Positions 1-13,321 of a stretch of 64,000 nt of DNA are shown here, piece by piece (position 1 is the first letter of the stretch; every line of letters starts with the position of its first letter). Source of the DNA: Tubulanus polymorphus (lineage: Eukaryota; Animalia; Nemertea); assembly GCF_964204645.1 (NCBI RefSeq), contig NC_134031.1, positions 5,642,001 through 5,706,000 on the forward strand. The letters run 5' to 3'. Under the pieces are notes generated by a model. That model saw only the letters and a program-made list of their open reading frames with translations. It did not search any database and was not told where the DNA came from. A program made the translations under genes and the position numbers.

Positions 1-530
1 GGTCGGCTGATACAGGGAATGCTAGATTTAATCCTCTTAGACTATAACGTTCGACTAGGGAAGAAGTCGTCGACAATCCTATTAATCAATGAATGCCATT
101 TCACATCATCGGCGCAGACGCAAAGCCCCTTAAAGCCACTACAGGGGATAACGGTTTCATAGTTCACTGTTGCACGGTGTCATCAGCAGTCGACCGTACC
201 AAGTGCATTGCACTGATAAACTGAAAACCCTATCAACAACATCTGCATACAAAAACCACTGCTGAATAACAAATATTGACAATTGGTCTTATGAAAATTT
301 TTTCTTCAATATCAATTACGAAGATAACCGCACATTATATGCAAAATGTTCTAAACTCTAGTATTAAACCATGTTCATCCAGTTCCACCAACAGGTGTCT
401 CCGAAATATGCTGTTGAAAACAGTCGAATGGTGTCAAAATTCGCTAAGACTTTTAATTCGACTTTAAGCGCGACTGAATGAAAACAGGGATGATAGTTTA
501 GATGGACTTCATCAACATTTATACCAAAGA

Positions 531-940
531 TTTTTTGACGCCGTAAAAACCGTTTATAATAATGTTTATATATATCGATACATAGTATGCGTTTTAAGGG
601 TTTATGTATTGCGTTTTAAGGGTTCAATGTGCACTACTACATCATCAATATTAGCGTTTCGAAATAACAATTCACAATTTGCGACGTTTATTTTGTAATG
701 AAATATATTTCATAACTATTGTTTCATATTTGATAAATTTCAATAATTATTTTTGGGAGGATGTGCACTACATCATCATATATCGGGGCTAGACTGGTTA
801 CAATTCAATTCGATTACTGATATATTCAAATCCAAAATAACTTTGTTGATCCTTAATATTATATAATTCTATACCATTATCGACAATATCAAGCAATGTA
901 TAATTTATAATTTATTTTTCATGGTCGTCAATAAACTTTC
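531..940 (+). mobile_element. MITE family A (~400 bp, TIR TTTWTTGACGCC)
   Basis: Related copies at ~10490-10787 (inverted), ~36966-37301 (inverted), ~42187-42460 (inverted, partial) and ~47980-48375; the same TIR also appears at 45061. Internal direct repeat atgtgcactacRtcatcaatat. Confidence 0.75.
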
Positions 941-1412
941 AAGTTTTCTCATTCATAACTTCACTACTCCGAGGCTGTATCTCAACAACAGCCCATCCCG
1001 CATCTCACGTCAGGGGGAGGGGGTAAAACGCATAGTAAGCTCTATAGTTCAGGACGTTATTAGATCCTACGGCTTGATTCCATAATCAGTACATGACATC
1101 CATATACGGTTTATGAGTTTAAGCCGGAATATTTACACGGTAAACGCTAACACGCGCGCAGTACTGGAACCCGGCGGCTGAAAATATTGTAATATTTACA
1201 ATGAATGGTATTTCACCCCGCAGTCAGATTAATAATCAACGTCGATCGAGAATTATCAACTGTGGGAAACAAGCAACGAGCGCGGCGCATTTAATCCTTT
1301 ACTCCGGGCCCAAACATCTAACTTTTTCGATTTGATTTGCCCGCATGCAAAAAACATTTTCTACGCCGAATAGGTTCATGTTACACTCGCTAAAAAAATG
1401 CTTTGAAACAAT

Positions 1413-1713
1413 AGCCGCGATCACTTGAGCCAAATTTGGCCCAGAACAACTGTTTACACAGGTGCCAAATGGGCCCGAGCCTGTTTGGCCCAACCAAAAA
1501 TGTCGAACTAGGCCAGAGCCAAATCTTAAGCGTGGATCAAATTATTGCGTGTGAATTGCAACTGGTTCCAGAAGTGACTCGCTTCATTATTTAGTATCGA
1601 GTGAGTGGTTTACGCGTCAACGCGCTCTCTAATTAGGCACGGGCCAAATTTGAATTGGGGCTCGATCCGTGTCAATTTGGCCCTGGCCAAATCGTCTCCG
1701 TATGATCACGGCT
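1413..1713. mobile_element. Harbinger-like MITE
   Basis: TIR AGCCGCGATCA / TGATCACGGCT, with internal gccaaat/atttggccc subterminal repeats. Confidence 0.6.
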
Positions 1714-2220
1714 TATGTTAAGGCCCGATTAGTACAGTCCAGAGAATGATGAACCAGGCTATATGCCTCAGGCTGCTACTGGAAAGTAGTCAGCCTTCAG
1801 AAGATCAGTCGTTTTTGAAATCGCGCAATTTTTACGACAGGACTAGGATTTCAAGTACTCAGAATATACCGGCTATATGCACTGATTTCGCCTACGAAAC
1901 GCGCGCACTAAACATTCGCAGCGTGAACAAAAATACTAAATACTAACATCCTTAGAAAAAATAAACTATGCAAAATGACTGTTTTTTGTTTTTTACAGAG
2001 ATATACACCTACTCAAGCCTGTGGACCGACAATAACAACAGTATACTAACTGATGTATCAAATCAGCTGACGAAATTCTTCCGCAGGCAGACAAACAAAA
2101 GAATGTATCCCTCTCCGGTTGGTATCTATTTAGACTAAACAGAAACTAATTCAAAAAAAGCGCGGGATACATCTCTACCTGACTAAATTCTGTGTCTCGG
2201 ATTTGTTTATTAGGTTCAAA

Positions 2221-2525
2221 CAGCATTTTCCCGAAAGTTTTTAGCAAGGCGGCGATCCCTTTCATTTTTAACATCCGCCCCTCTGAAAATCAGCAACACC
2301 TCATCTAATATCCTCTGCCCCTGCCTGAGTGGATGTCGACATTCTATCAATGCTGATAATCGCTTAGAAATATATCGCGCTAATGTAAAAGATTACACCG
2401 AAATAAAGCTCAAATTTTCTGTAGCTATGGGGGATCGAAAGCCTTGCTAAAGTTCAGCAAGCACGATGTCATACCCTAAACAATGAACGCAGCCCCTTTA
2501 AAATTCCAGCATATGGAGAACACTG
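2221..2525 (+). mobile_element. MITE family B (~280-300 bp, TIR CAGTGTTCTCC)
   Basis: Colinear with 3354-3624, 21764-22052 and 23973-24254 (shared gaaaatcagcaac, gatcgaaagccttgct, tttaaaattccagcat). Confidence 0.75.
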
Positions 2526-3163
2526 GGTTCAGGCATGATGCACGTTACATGTGTATTCATGTATAGTTTGTCACTTCAAACATCAAACAAAACATAGAAA
2601 GTGAATTATCTACATATTTCTGCACGTTTCATTTCAGCGAAGTTTCTCCGGATTTTTTTTTTTATTAAAGCTCTTTAAGTGCAAGAGAATGCTAAAAACG
2701 ATAACATTTGAAAAAGGGTTAATATTTATTGAGCAACACGCGGCCGCGATGTTGGATATAGCAACGATAAATTGAGCATATAATAGCAAGCGGTAGATCA
2801 TTTAAAACTGTTACTGACTCATACCACTCACTCTCTCTCTCTCATACTGTATCCGTATCACCTGAATGAGTGGCCAACACAGGTGATACTACCCTCAGCT
2901 CTCATTAGTTCGAGAACTGACGCCGCAATGGAAAAACAACATCTTTTGACCACGAAAAAAAACTACCGTTCTGCGGGAGCGAATATCATCGATACCGGTA
3001 GCAAGGAATAGCGATACCTCGCGCTGCTCGCTTCGAAAATAAAAAACACAAATTCCAAGCGTTTGTTTCTTAAACTGGTTCACTTCAAAGGTGGATTTAG
3101 GGGGCTGGACCGCACCCCTTTTAAACCTAACCATCGGCATATATTCATACATATTGTTTTTAC

Positions 3164-3297
3164 CTGTGCCTGCATCAGTGGTGAATTCGATCATCTCGTA
3201 GAAATCCCATTCTGTGCGACTGATTTTCGAAACGCCGTTTCGAGCGTAAATCGTCACTTTGTATTTCTTACTCGGTTTCAATCCGCTCAGAGTGACC
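3164..3297 (-). CDS. Eph: Eph receptor, coding exon 6 (first FN3 domain, C-half); gene continues beyond the left edge
   Basis: ttccag acceptor, 134 nt: RVTLSGLKPSKKYKVTIYARNGVSKISRTEWDFYEMIEFTTDAGT; GTAAAA donor; phase 2/1. FN3 'LKPxxxY...AxNGVS' motif. Confidence 0.93.
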
Positions 3298-3353
3298 CTG
3301 GAACGAATTACAAAAAAAAAATAATAATCATATGTTTTGATAATAATTACATG

Positions 3354-3624
3354 CAGTGTTCTCCGGTTTTAGACGGGCGGCCACCCTTTGAGAATCATCA
3401 TACACCTTATAAAATATCTTCTACCCCTATCAATGTGTATGTCAATATTCTATCAATACTGATAACTGCTTCGAAATACAATGAGCTAATGTTAAAGTAG
3501 CAGATTACACGAATAAAGCTTAAATCTTAGGTATTTTTTTGCAGGATCAAAAGCCTTGTTAAGGTTCAGCAGCCACGACGTCACAACGTAGCCTCTTTAA
3601 AATTCCAACACATGGTGAACGCTG
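3354..3624 (+). mobile_element. MITE family B copy in Eph intron 5
   Basis: acatg|CAGTGTTCTCC...GGTGAACGCTG|acatg, a perfect 5-bp flanking duplication. Confidence 0.78.
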
Positions 3625-3689
3625 ACATGTTATTATTTTGGGGGCTACTATGTTGGCTAAGATGTTTTTTTGTCTGTCTCACTACTTAC

Positions 3690-3870
3690 CGTGTATGGTT
3701 GAAATTAGTCATTGCCGGCGTATAGGCGACGTTGATATCGCACTCACGACACTCGACGAAGTAATACAAATCTTTACGTCCTCCGTCAAATACAGGCGGC
3801 TGCCATTTCAATATGGCCGTCGACTGGTCGTGATAGTGTACGGTGAGGTTACGCGGAGGTGACGGCGGTT
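3690..3870 (-). CDS. Eph: Eph receptor, coding exon 5 (first FN3 domain, N-half)
   Basis: ttttcag acceptor, 181 nt: KPPSPPRNLTVHYHDQSTAILKWQPPVFDGGRKDLYYFVECRECDINVAYTPAMTNFNHT; GTAAGT donor; phase 1/2. Eph FN3 motifs PPSxPRNL and WxPPxxxGGRxD. Confidence 0.95.
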
Positions 3871-4014
3871 CTGAAAAAAAAAGCGAATGGTTAAAACCCC
3901 GATAGATCGCGACTTATTATATTCAGTTCGCCACAAGCGAAAACATGACAAAAAAATTGGAAAAAAAACTTCTATTTAGGGAAAAGCCTACGATGAAATT
4001 GGTAAAAAGAGCCC

Positions 4015-4348
4015 CAGAGCTGCCGACCCCAACCATCGGTAACAAGTCGAACATTTCTTTGGTGGCATATGAACCAAAATGTCAATCAGTGATCAGGGGT
4101 TTGACTCTTGATAACCATATTTATAACAGACCTCGGTAATATAGAATGAAATGTAAGTAATTTGAACCAAATTCAGAGTTTTTTGACATTAAAATAGTGT
4201 ATCTTATGAACTAGGGATTATGCTGATTTTGAGAGTATATCGAAATGATTGGGAGAAGTTAGGCTAAAAACTACTCTCAAATGGTAGTTGTACAGAGGTC
4301 TCTTATACAAATCGCAAATATGAAAATCAGGAACAGTTGGTCGCATTG
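4015..4348. mobile_element. TIR element with 6-bp TSD GAGCCC
   Basis: gagccc|CAGAGCTGCCGAC...GTTGGTCGCATTG|gagccc; the TIR is degenerate. Confidence 0.6.
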
Positions 4349-6512
4349 GAGCCCTGAAATAATAAGACAACCTTCCACAGACCACAGCACATTCGTTAAA
4401 AGTATCTTGAAATCATGCAAAAAAATGATGACCTGTTAGGTAAAGTTTTCACTGGATGCTTTCGAGGGTTCATCGAGGACAGAATGAGGTGAACTACTGT
4501 ACTAAAAGTTGGAGTGCTCATAGGATTAGTGTCCGACTCCACAGGAAAACAACAATTCTCCCTCCATCGGATTATAAGGGATTATCTCTGACGGATTAAG
4601 TGGATGCGTAAAACCTATACCTATAAACATCATAAACTCTACACCTGTTATCGTATTGGAAAAAAAATCATCGAAAGGACTTTGAAACAACATCACACGA
4701 TCAACTGCGATATACGCTTAGAATCGTTAGGGTAAATGGTTGCCATGTTGATCTACAGGAAGAACGCCCTAGCGATACTAGTAGATCCAGTAATAAGTAA
4801 AGCAGTAACCTGAGGTTATTCAACATTCTCCATCTCTCTCCCCGACGTTTTTCCTTTCAATAATCCCCAGAGAGAAAATAATGAGAATTCACAGGCGGTA
4901 CGCGGCGGCCGGATAGGTTTCGAGAAATGATTGAGTTCGTCGGTTTGTGTGTACGGATCAGTTTCTCGCTAACGTTGAACAGTTGCTCGTGCTTTATCAT
5001 TCTCCCCGCGCGTTATAGACCGAACCCGGCAACAACAACCACGACAGCCGCCTGTCCGTCCATATAGCAGTTTCTGGCAGTTTCTTAAAACGTCGGAAGC
5101 GGTTATTTTTTTCCAGATTTTTGCAACTCCGACGAAACGTTAAATATTCACGTTTAGAAATAGACAAACCCTCCTGTGCGGTAATTAACGGTAAAGAACG
5201 CTTATGTAACAGTATGAGGAAACTAATTTTTCTGAGGTTCTAAATCTAATCAAAGTCATTTGCGAGACTCGAACTACACCGCAAAAATCAGCGTAGACGC
5301 ATTGCTATGTCTAGACGGAGAATATTGCCAGAAACAGAGTCTCAGCGATGGTAATTTTCAGCTGAAGCCCAAACAAGTCGACCCGGGGACTACTTACTAT
5401 GGACGGCTTTGAACTCTGTGATTTGGAGGGGCTACGCAAACGAAAACTTGGCCCATTATTTCGAATTCAATCAACCTATGATGATGCAAACTTTCTTGTT
5501 ACGCAATCATCAATATTCTGAATAACTTGTCTAAAGAATATTCACTGATTCAGAAACTGGCCTAGTCACCACTTCGAGACTTTTACTTTAGTTTAGTAAC
5601 ATATCCTTCGTATTGTTGTGACACACAGACCGACATCAGGTTCGTAGGGTAAATTCTTTTAAGAACGAAAAATACGATATCGGAAAGGGGGATTTCGGAT
5701 ATATTTCGTTTTCTGGTTATGACAATATCCGATTGAGAGCGATGATCCCTCGACTGCCGGGGAACTAGCGCGCCGCCGCGCGTATTGATAAATGTTGCCC
5801 GGGTTTCATGTATCAATGGTTTATTGACAGCAGACGGAAACCGAAAACCTCAACAACCCGACAGATATCCGAGATATAATTGATATTTTCCCTGTCTCCC
5901 CGCTAAGCTTAGCTAGTTCTTATGATCATACAGAAATGTTTTCTCGCAAAACGAACGAACGACTTTGGTTATCGGGAAGAGTTTCAATTTCTTTTCAATT
6001 GGTATCGCTCTATCAATACGATAGACTGCACTGACATCAGAATTGGGTGGTGGTTTTGGTCAGCAATGAGAAAAACAAATATCGCCAAGTTAATCCAGTG
6101 CTAGCCACCAGGCTGTATTTATTGGTAAGGTAAAACTGAAACCGTATCCTAAACCCCATTTGAATCTGACTTGTTAACAGAGTTAATCTATCCCTTTCAA
6201 TTTTATCTACAATCACATGGTCAGATATCAAGGACTCATGTATGATCCCACCAGATGGCGTGCCAATCAGTAGGACATACTAGATCGAAATTTAGTTCAT
6301 TTTTGAAAATATAAATCTCAACTATTTTTGGCCCCCAACATCGGAAAACATTTCTAACCATTATTCAATTTGAACTGAGAGAAGCGGTCCAATGCGACAT
6401 CCTACTGCACACTACTGCCACCTGGTGTATTTCTCTATCCTTGCTTCTCACAGTCGGAATCCTGCATTGTCATGGTAGTATAACACGACGAAATATATCA
6501 GTTTTTACTTAC

Positions 6513-6668
6513 TTGTACACGGAGAGTAGACTTCATCCAATACGTAACGATAAAACCCGTCGAAACAGCTACATTCAACGGATCGTGGTTTCGGGGCATG
6601 GCTATTCGCTGGACAGATTTTACACTGTTCGTTGCCGGTCTTATGTTTGTACGTGTTCCTTCCACATT
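6513..6668 (-). CDS. Eph: Eph receptor, coding exon 4 (EGF/TNFR-like Cys-rich motif)
   Basis: ttttaag acceptor, 156 nt: ECGRNTYKHKTGNEQCKICPANSHAPKPRSVECSCFDGFYRYVLDEVYSPCT; GTAAGT donor; phase 1/1. Confidence 0.95.
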
Positions 6669-9600
6669 CTTAAAAAAAAGAAGAAGAAATTGTCGTAAAT
6701 CATCTAATAATAAGAAGTCTTCATACTATAAAATCTCTGGACCAAACTGGTAGCATTTCTTCAAACTGCCAAAATATATCTAACCAGCAAAGGCTATAAT
6801 AATTGATGCCTTGTTTCTCATTTCTGCTGAGCTAAAGTTTAGTCGGTTAAAAGTCAGTTTAAAGTTTTTGATCAAGCTAGCCATAACAGACACGGCCGGC
6901 AGCTATGGAAATGAACTGATTACAATTTTAATTGCAGTTTACAAAATGACCCGGCCGATAAGAAGAAACAACAAATCATTTCATTTCAGCCTAGAATTCA
7001 CCATTTTCCTTAACGGATTTAGCAAGCACAAAAATGACGCAGAGCCTCCACTAGTCTCCATTATATCTACAAACGTATTGTCTAACAACAAGTGATACGT
7101 TATTGTCACGCGAATATTAATCTATTATGGACTGTATCTTCCTTTTCGCCATGTAATTCATGACAACACGATATCCAGCGGGATCAGGAAATCGTCGAAA
7201 AGCGATTCAGAATATTATATGGATAGACGAGGGAATATCTCTTAAATCTAAAGGAAGCGATCCATCAAAACTGACATCATTTTTAAACGGAATGAGTTTC
7301 ATATTTTTGTCCTCGCGCTAAGAGCACTTGCGCGTTTTCCCCGTTCTATAGCCGGGAATACAATACGCGATGTCGACTCCAATCAGATGGACACATATTA
7401 ATTCGAGTGACTCTTTACGAGAACAGTTCATTCAACAACAAAAAAAAATGCATAACTGAATATAATGAACTCGCCAACAATGAAATCAACAGCATTCAGA
7501 CTTGTGATGTGACATAACGCAGTCAAATAGATCTTTAAAGTCGCCTAAAAAATGCAATAGCCCTTGAAATGGGAAGATGTACAGAATGTAGAGCTGTATT
7601 TGTGATGACTACTCCTCCACAGCCCTTGACAGACTTATTTTAGACAATGGAACGACGGAGTCATTATTCAAGCGCGCTGGTTTGTAATAGACAATATTTA
7701 TATCCTCATCGCCGTTATATTAGATTTGATGACTTCACAGGCGCAATTTTTTTACGATGAAATGTTGAAGAACTGCAACACGGCTATACTGTGCCATTCA
7801 ACGCATGTATTCTACCAGATTCACTTGACTTATATATAATCAGTCATTTACTTCATTTTCAATAGAATTTCTAGGCTCCTAATTAGCTATCGGTTGATCA
7901 TCAATTGCCGCAGTAACATTTTGATTTCGCATTTAGTCATCGTTTGATCGATGCAACATTAGGATTTATGGTTCCGTTGACATTACATAATTAGGTAACA
8001 TGTGAATTTTACAACCTCTGAAATACGTGGTACCCACACATATCGATAGATATATTCCTAACATCATCTTTTTGTGAAAGCATATGAACTCTAATTCAGT
8101 ATCACTATCATAAAAGCATTGGTGAACATTGTTTCAATGAAACAGGCACTATACAAATGTACTATTATCATTATCATTATCATTATTATTATCAAAATGA
8201 CAAATGCAGTTTAGAAAATTCGCGAGTTATGAGTTTTGAATATCAATTATGCAAAAATACACAAGGCTATCTATCTTTACTCATGAGATGACTGTAGTAT
8301 TACAATTCATTACTATCTGATTTTCGGCTATCAATTATACAACAGTATAAACCGATAACAACCACGATCAAGGCAATTATTATCAATATTTATTATTCTC
8401 TAGCGACTTGTTTATCTGATATGATATACGTGGGAATCTGGGCACGTTGGCAATCGAACGCGAGGTCCTCTAAACGGGCGAGACAGATGGTTCCGGGTCG
8501 AGGGCCACTACCGTTTGAATGGTCGAGTATGCGAAATAAGACCCACGCCGGGTCGATGGCTGTTTTCGCCGTTCTCTGAAGAGCGACTGGGTCTCTTATG
8601 TTCCGTTCACTGGGAACTGTCTACGAAGGTGCAGAAAGCGAACCTACGAATTGAGTTAATACTAACTACAGTTTCTGGGAAGGCTCTCTCGGAAATGAAG
8701 TTATGCACGCGATCGACGATGTTGTTGATATCATTGATTTTCGGAATTCGAAGGTCTCTCAGACACCTCTTGCGTTAGGACTCGACATAATGAAGGTTAT
8801 TATCACTGTTGCGGATATCAAATTGAATATCTCAAGAAGACTTCGGGAACAAGGCGATACGACGAATTTTACCGCGAACTAACGAGTATTTGTATTCTAG
8901 TGTGCTCCAAAATCAATCTTCATCAACTATCTTCATTCCAGCATCCCTACGTTTGATTATATTAGCGAGACCCTGTTACATCTAAAAGTTTGTATGTACC
9001 AGCCGTTTGAATTCATGAGGGCAGGATCCGTATTTCAGTTGATTTCCAATGTCTTCTTACACGGTTCTTTGCCCTAATACTACTATACTACAGGCTCTAC
9101 GGTAGCAGTAGTTGTCTTAGTTCCACGGTCAACTTTGGCTTTGAGTTAATTTTGGCTATAGATATTTTCGCTAACTATTGATTTACCTGCTTTGCTTTAT
9201 GTACTTTCTTCTATATTGCGCTTGTTATAGTTCCTTCACTGAATTTGCAATGCCGCCTATGTTACGAACGAAACTGAGTATGAATGGACTATACAGGCCT
9301 GCGAGGTGCAGTGACAATGACAGGGCAGACATTCATACAGAATTTCGGAATTATTGCTGACGATGAATCATTTTCTTCCTAAAGCTACGAGCAGAAATGA
9401 TGTCACTAATTTATCAATCACAGATACCAATAAAGAGCCTGCTGTGGTATAAGGTTTATTGATATCGTGCCCTGCCTTCCTTCAGTCTGCGCGCCGTTGT
9501 GCATGTGTGTCATTCTCTAACTAGGAGAACATCGATTGATTTATGCTATAGTAATTATTGCAACATATGTGGCCACCGTTGGACATTGATGATTAACCCT

Positions 9601-9726
9601 TTCTTTATCATATTAAAGTGGTGAGCAACATCTCCATCACCATGGGCATAAATTCTCAGAATTCATGGACAAAATTCTGCCTTGTTTGATAGAGAATGCC
9701 GTGTCTACAATTTTTGCCATTTTAAA

Positions 9727-10007
9727 ACTCTTTCAGCACTGACTGATTAATACCCTAAAGTACCGGAGATAATTTGAAAATTTTCAAATATTCCATCCTG
9801 GTGTGTTGAATAATGGGCATACCGCTTTAGTACATTTACACTGCAGTGCGGTGTATCGTTAGTTACTAATATTTAACAGTGTTTGGCAGGTGCTGCACTC
9901 TTTCATTAGATAAAAACTTATTATATACATCAATGCACCGCACTGCCATGTACTAGCAAAGTCCAACACTTATTTATACACCGCATTACGGTGTAAACGC
10001 ACTGAAA
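9727..10007. mobile_element. piggyBac-like MITE copy
   Basis: Colinear with 13008-13268 (gtgtatcgttagtta.taatat, catcaatRcacYgca, tacaccgca..Rcggtgta). Confidence 0.65.
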
Positions 10008-10489
10008 CAAATGCCTTTACATTAGGTCCCCAAAATTTTGATATGTTTATAGGAAGATAAGTATACCTCTGTAACATTCCAATTGATAGTATTGGGTAGA
10101 AATCATTGATGGGCGGGAAAGAAACCTCCTTGTTACCAATAAACGATCATTCGTGGGGTTACTATACTCCACTAATCCAATGGGGAAGTGGAAGACCCCC
10201 ATCCACCTCCTCTCTCTCTCTCTCCACATCACACTCCAATCCATTATTGGAAATCGCCAACTAATTCATTGCTATCTCTTGCTTTTAAACACTTATCGAC
10301 AAATCTTCTGGCGAAATCAGTAATTAGTGACTAGTTCCCGGCGCGCCAACTTGATACACTGCTACTTCACACTCTCGCAGTTAATGACTGCATTCGAAAT
10401 CTCGCCGTTTCGAGCGTTTCGGTAATCGTAATGTGTAAATACGTCGAAATCAAAATGGAAAATTACTATAACAAGAAGACTTGACTAAA

Positions 10490-10787
10490 AATTCATCGAC
10501 GCCTTGAAGAAAGTCTCAGATATTATTGCCTAGAATTTTCTACAATGAATAACAGATGTTTAGAATGAAAAAGTTATTATGGATTTGAATCAGTATATTA
10601 TGAGTTTTTAGAACAACTATGAAATTGAATTGCGACATTCACAATTGTAATTGTTATTCTAAAACATCAATATTGACGATGTACTAGTGCACATCGTCTC
10701 GCGCAGAATCTCTTACATAACGCATACTAGGTATCAATGTATATATAAACATATATAAGACTGGTTTTTTACAACAGTGTCAAAAAA
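10490..10787 (-). mobile_element. MITE family A copy
   Basis: Inverted similarity to 531-940 and 47980-48375 (cgcatactaggtatcaatgta, caatattgacgatgta..gtgcacat). Confidence 0.65.
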
Positions 10788-11592
10788 GATTCGTATCTAG
10801 CTGCCATTGAACTAGAAATAAATACGTCAATCAAAAGCTTGCATTTAATACAGACGAATCGATGAAAGCGTCGACCGGCTTTGAATTCTGAAACGTGAAT
10901 CTACTTCAAAAATAATTTCAATTCGATGTTCTAAATCGATGCATCCTTAGCTTCTCCGTAGGGAAAGTAAGTATGTACGAGGAATCAATATGGCAACAAT
11001 GCAGCCGGTTATCGCGATGGTAACTAGAAATGGGGACTCGGTACAGACCCCTACCACGCGCCCTCATATCCTATCCACTATATCCGCTATTATTGATATC
11101 CGCCGCGATAAATGGACACTACGATCGACGATTTCTACTACGCATTGTCGCGATAGTGTGAAGGAACGCATCATCAGTTATTACCGAAAACCTGTTATTA
11201 GAAAATCTATACCGACGACACCATTGATCAGGACCCCTGATGCGACGCGCTGACTCGGCGGCACGCTGCCCCAGTTTCATATTCATCGGTCGACCAATTG
11301 TCACCGAATACAATTGGAAGTTCTTGCATCAAGTAGGAAATTACTGAGTCGATCAATGCCACTGAAGACAGTGAACCCGGCGAAAGTGGAACAAAATTTC
11401 GAACAAAAGGCGCAAATTATCGTCGATGTGTTAGATATGAATAGATCGGAGAATTCTAGATTAGATTTGTTGTACTTAGAATCGTTTTCATTTCCAGACG
11501 AAAAGCGGCCATCTGTCCGTCGCATCTTGACGATGTTATGGATTTCGCGATGAAATAGTAAATGAAAACTCCCGACGGACGGCGCCAGATTC

Positions 11593-11954
11593 TAGGGGCG
11601 GATCCAGATACAAGAGCTCTCGTCGCAATTCGCCTGTGCCCTTTTGAAAATACGATGGCAGATTTTTCAGGGCACTTTTTCAACAGACAACTGATCGAAC
11701 AGCAGCACACAATATTGAGCTTATATTCTCTTATATGTTGCTCAAGTGCTTAGAAATTGTATGAAAATGCACTGGAATTTTTCAGACCCCTCAATTTTGG
11801 CTAGGCGCTCGCTCTGCATATGGAAACTCGCTGGAATTTCTAAATTCATCAGACGCCTGCTTTGGCTTGGTGCTCATTCTACACATGGAAACTTGCCCTT
11901 CTTAATTGTTTGCCCGTTTTCATTTCTTTGTGCTCCTGTCTAAGTCTGCCCCTC
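11593..11954. mobile_element. MITE with AGGGGCGGATC-type TIR; relatives at 17402-17682, 32651-32910, 28771-28932
   Basis: Inverted ends AGGGGCGGAT / GTCTGCCCCT. Similar termini and gggcac/gtgccctttt subterminal motifs occur in the other copies. Confidence 0.55.
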
Positions 11955-13007
11955 AATTCATTTTTTAACCATCGAACAATGGCAAAAAGGGAAAGTCCGG
12001 ATTGAGTTAAAGCGAGATCTACAATTTCAACGAACAAAAGATATTCATTTTTTTGAGAATTTCGAAACGTGTGCGAGTAAGACTTTGCCCAGCGCTGATG
12101 CTTGCGGGAATTAAAATCAAATCTTATAAACGTGGGCGCCGCGAGGTACGTTAACACTCTTAGCCCGATCCGGGATAATCGCTCCATTCTTTACATTCCA
12201 GGTGTAACGCAGATTTTAAATTGAGTTCTAATCGCAATTAGCTTAGAAATATATAATTCACGAAATTCGCTGAACGGATAAACAATATTTAACCATATTT
12301 TGCAACAGGCGACGTGCGTTTAAGTACAAGCAGATTTTGTACAAGAGGAGTCTGGATCGATTTTTTGAGGCTGGTGTGAACAAGGAACAGGTGCGTCTAG
12401 TGAACATTCAGTGAATATATGTATTTATGAAGTACGATGCATAATATTGTTATATTGTAATATGCGAAATATTCTAAATATAATACATATACAGAATACC
12501 TTTTTTTCTGTACTCGAATAGTTTCAGAAACGAATTATTGCTTTAAATCGCAGCAAAACATCGTAACATGATACAGAATATCAATTAAATTCCCCTCGTG
12601 TAATTCGAAATATAACCTTTGTTAAGTCACTGATCCCAACCCAATTGATTCAAGGTAGGACAGTATGTCTACTGCGGTAATGGCATATCGATGCTTTTTG
12701 AATAGAATGAAATTCCCAAAAAAGCGTCGGAAATGATAGGCAACATCCTACACAAGATTCGCCCAATTGGGCACCTTTCTGTCAAACTCCATAAGAGAGC
12801 ATCTGTATTCTCAGACGAAAACCAGAAAAGAAAGGGCGGAAGAGGTTTTTTGATATTCTTGGAGGCTTTCAGAGCCTAGCACCCACGTGCCACATCTCCA
12901 GTGCTTGAAACTAATGAAACGTTGCATTTTCTTTAGAAAATTCAGGTGCATTCACTTTTCTGGGGTATTGGGCCCACCCACTCCCTTTTGAAAAAGAACT
13001 GAATTAA

Positions 13008-13268
13008 CCATTTCAGTGCTTATTTATACCTGAAAGTGCTGGAGATAATGCTGCAATTATTCCACCCCACCAATATAGTGTGTCTACACCACGGTGCAGT
13101 GTATCGTTAGTTAGTAATATATAACTATATTTGACGGGTGCTGCCATTTCTCAGAGATAAAAAATATGTATTTCTCATAACATCAATACACTGCATCGCA
13201 ATGTGGTGCCCTAGCAATGACAAGTGCCAATTAATACACCGCACTGCGGTGTAGATGCACTGAAAGGA
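13008..13268. mobile_element. piggyBac-like MITE (TTAA target); second copy at ~9727-10007
   Basis: TTAA|CCATTTCAGTGC...GCACTGAAAGGA|TTAA with an internal palindrome (tacaccgcagtgcggtgta). The 9.7-10.0 kb copy is colinear. Confidence 0.7.
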
Positions 13269-13321
13269 TTAAAACGAATACAAAAAACTGAAACACCAAA
13301 CGAAGATGCTTTAAAACTTAC

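Noticed and set aside
160-242. Possible next Eph exon (tatgcag acceptor, DVVDRVFSLSV...)
   Set aside because: It does not resemble the second FN3 domain and reaches a stop without a good donor. The next exon is probably outside the window.
3298-3689. Introner-type intron creation by the family B MITE
   Set aside because: Both splice sites lie 55-65 nt outside the element, so the MITE inserted into an existing intron.
8110-8195. (TTA/TCA)n microsatellite as an independent feature; similar tails near 38680, 50250 and 51890
   Set aside because: These look like 3' tails of old L2/CR1-related LINEs or SINEs but are too short to classify.
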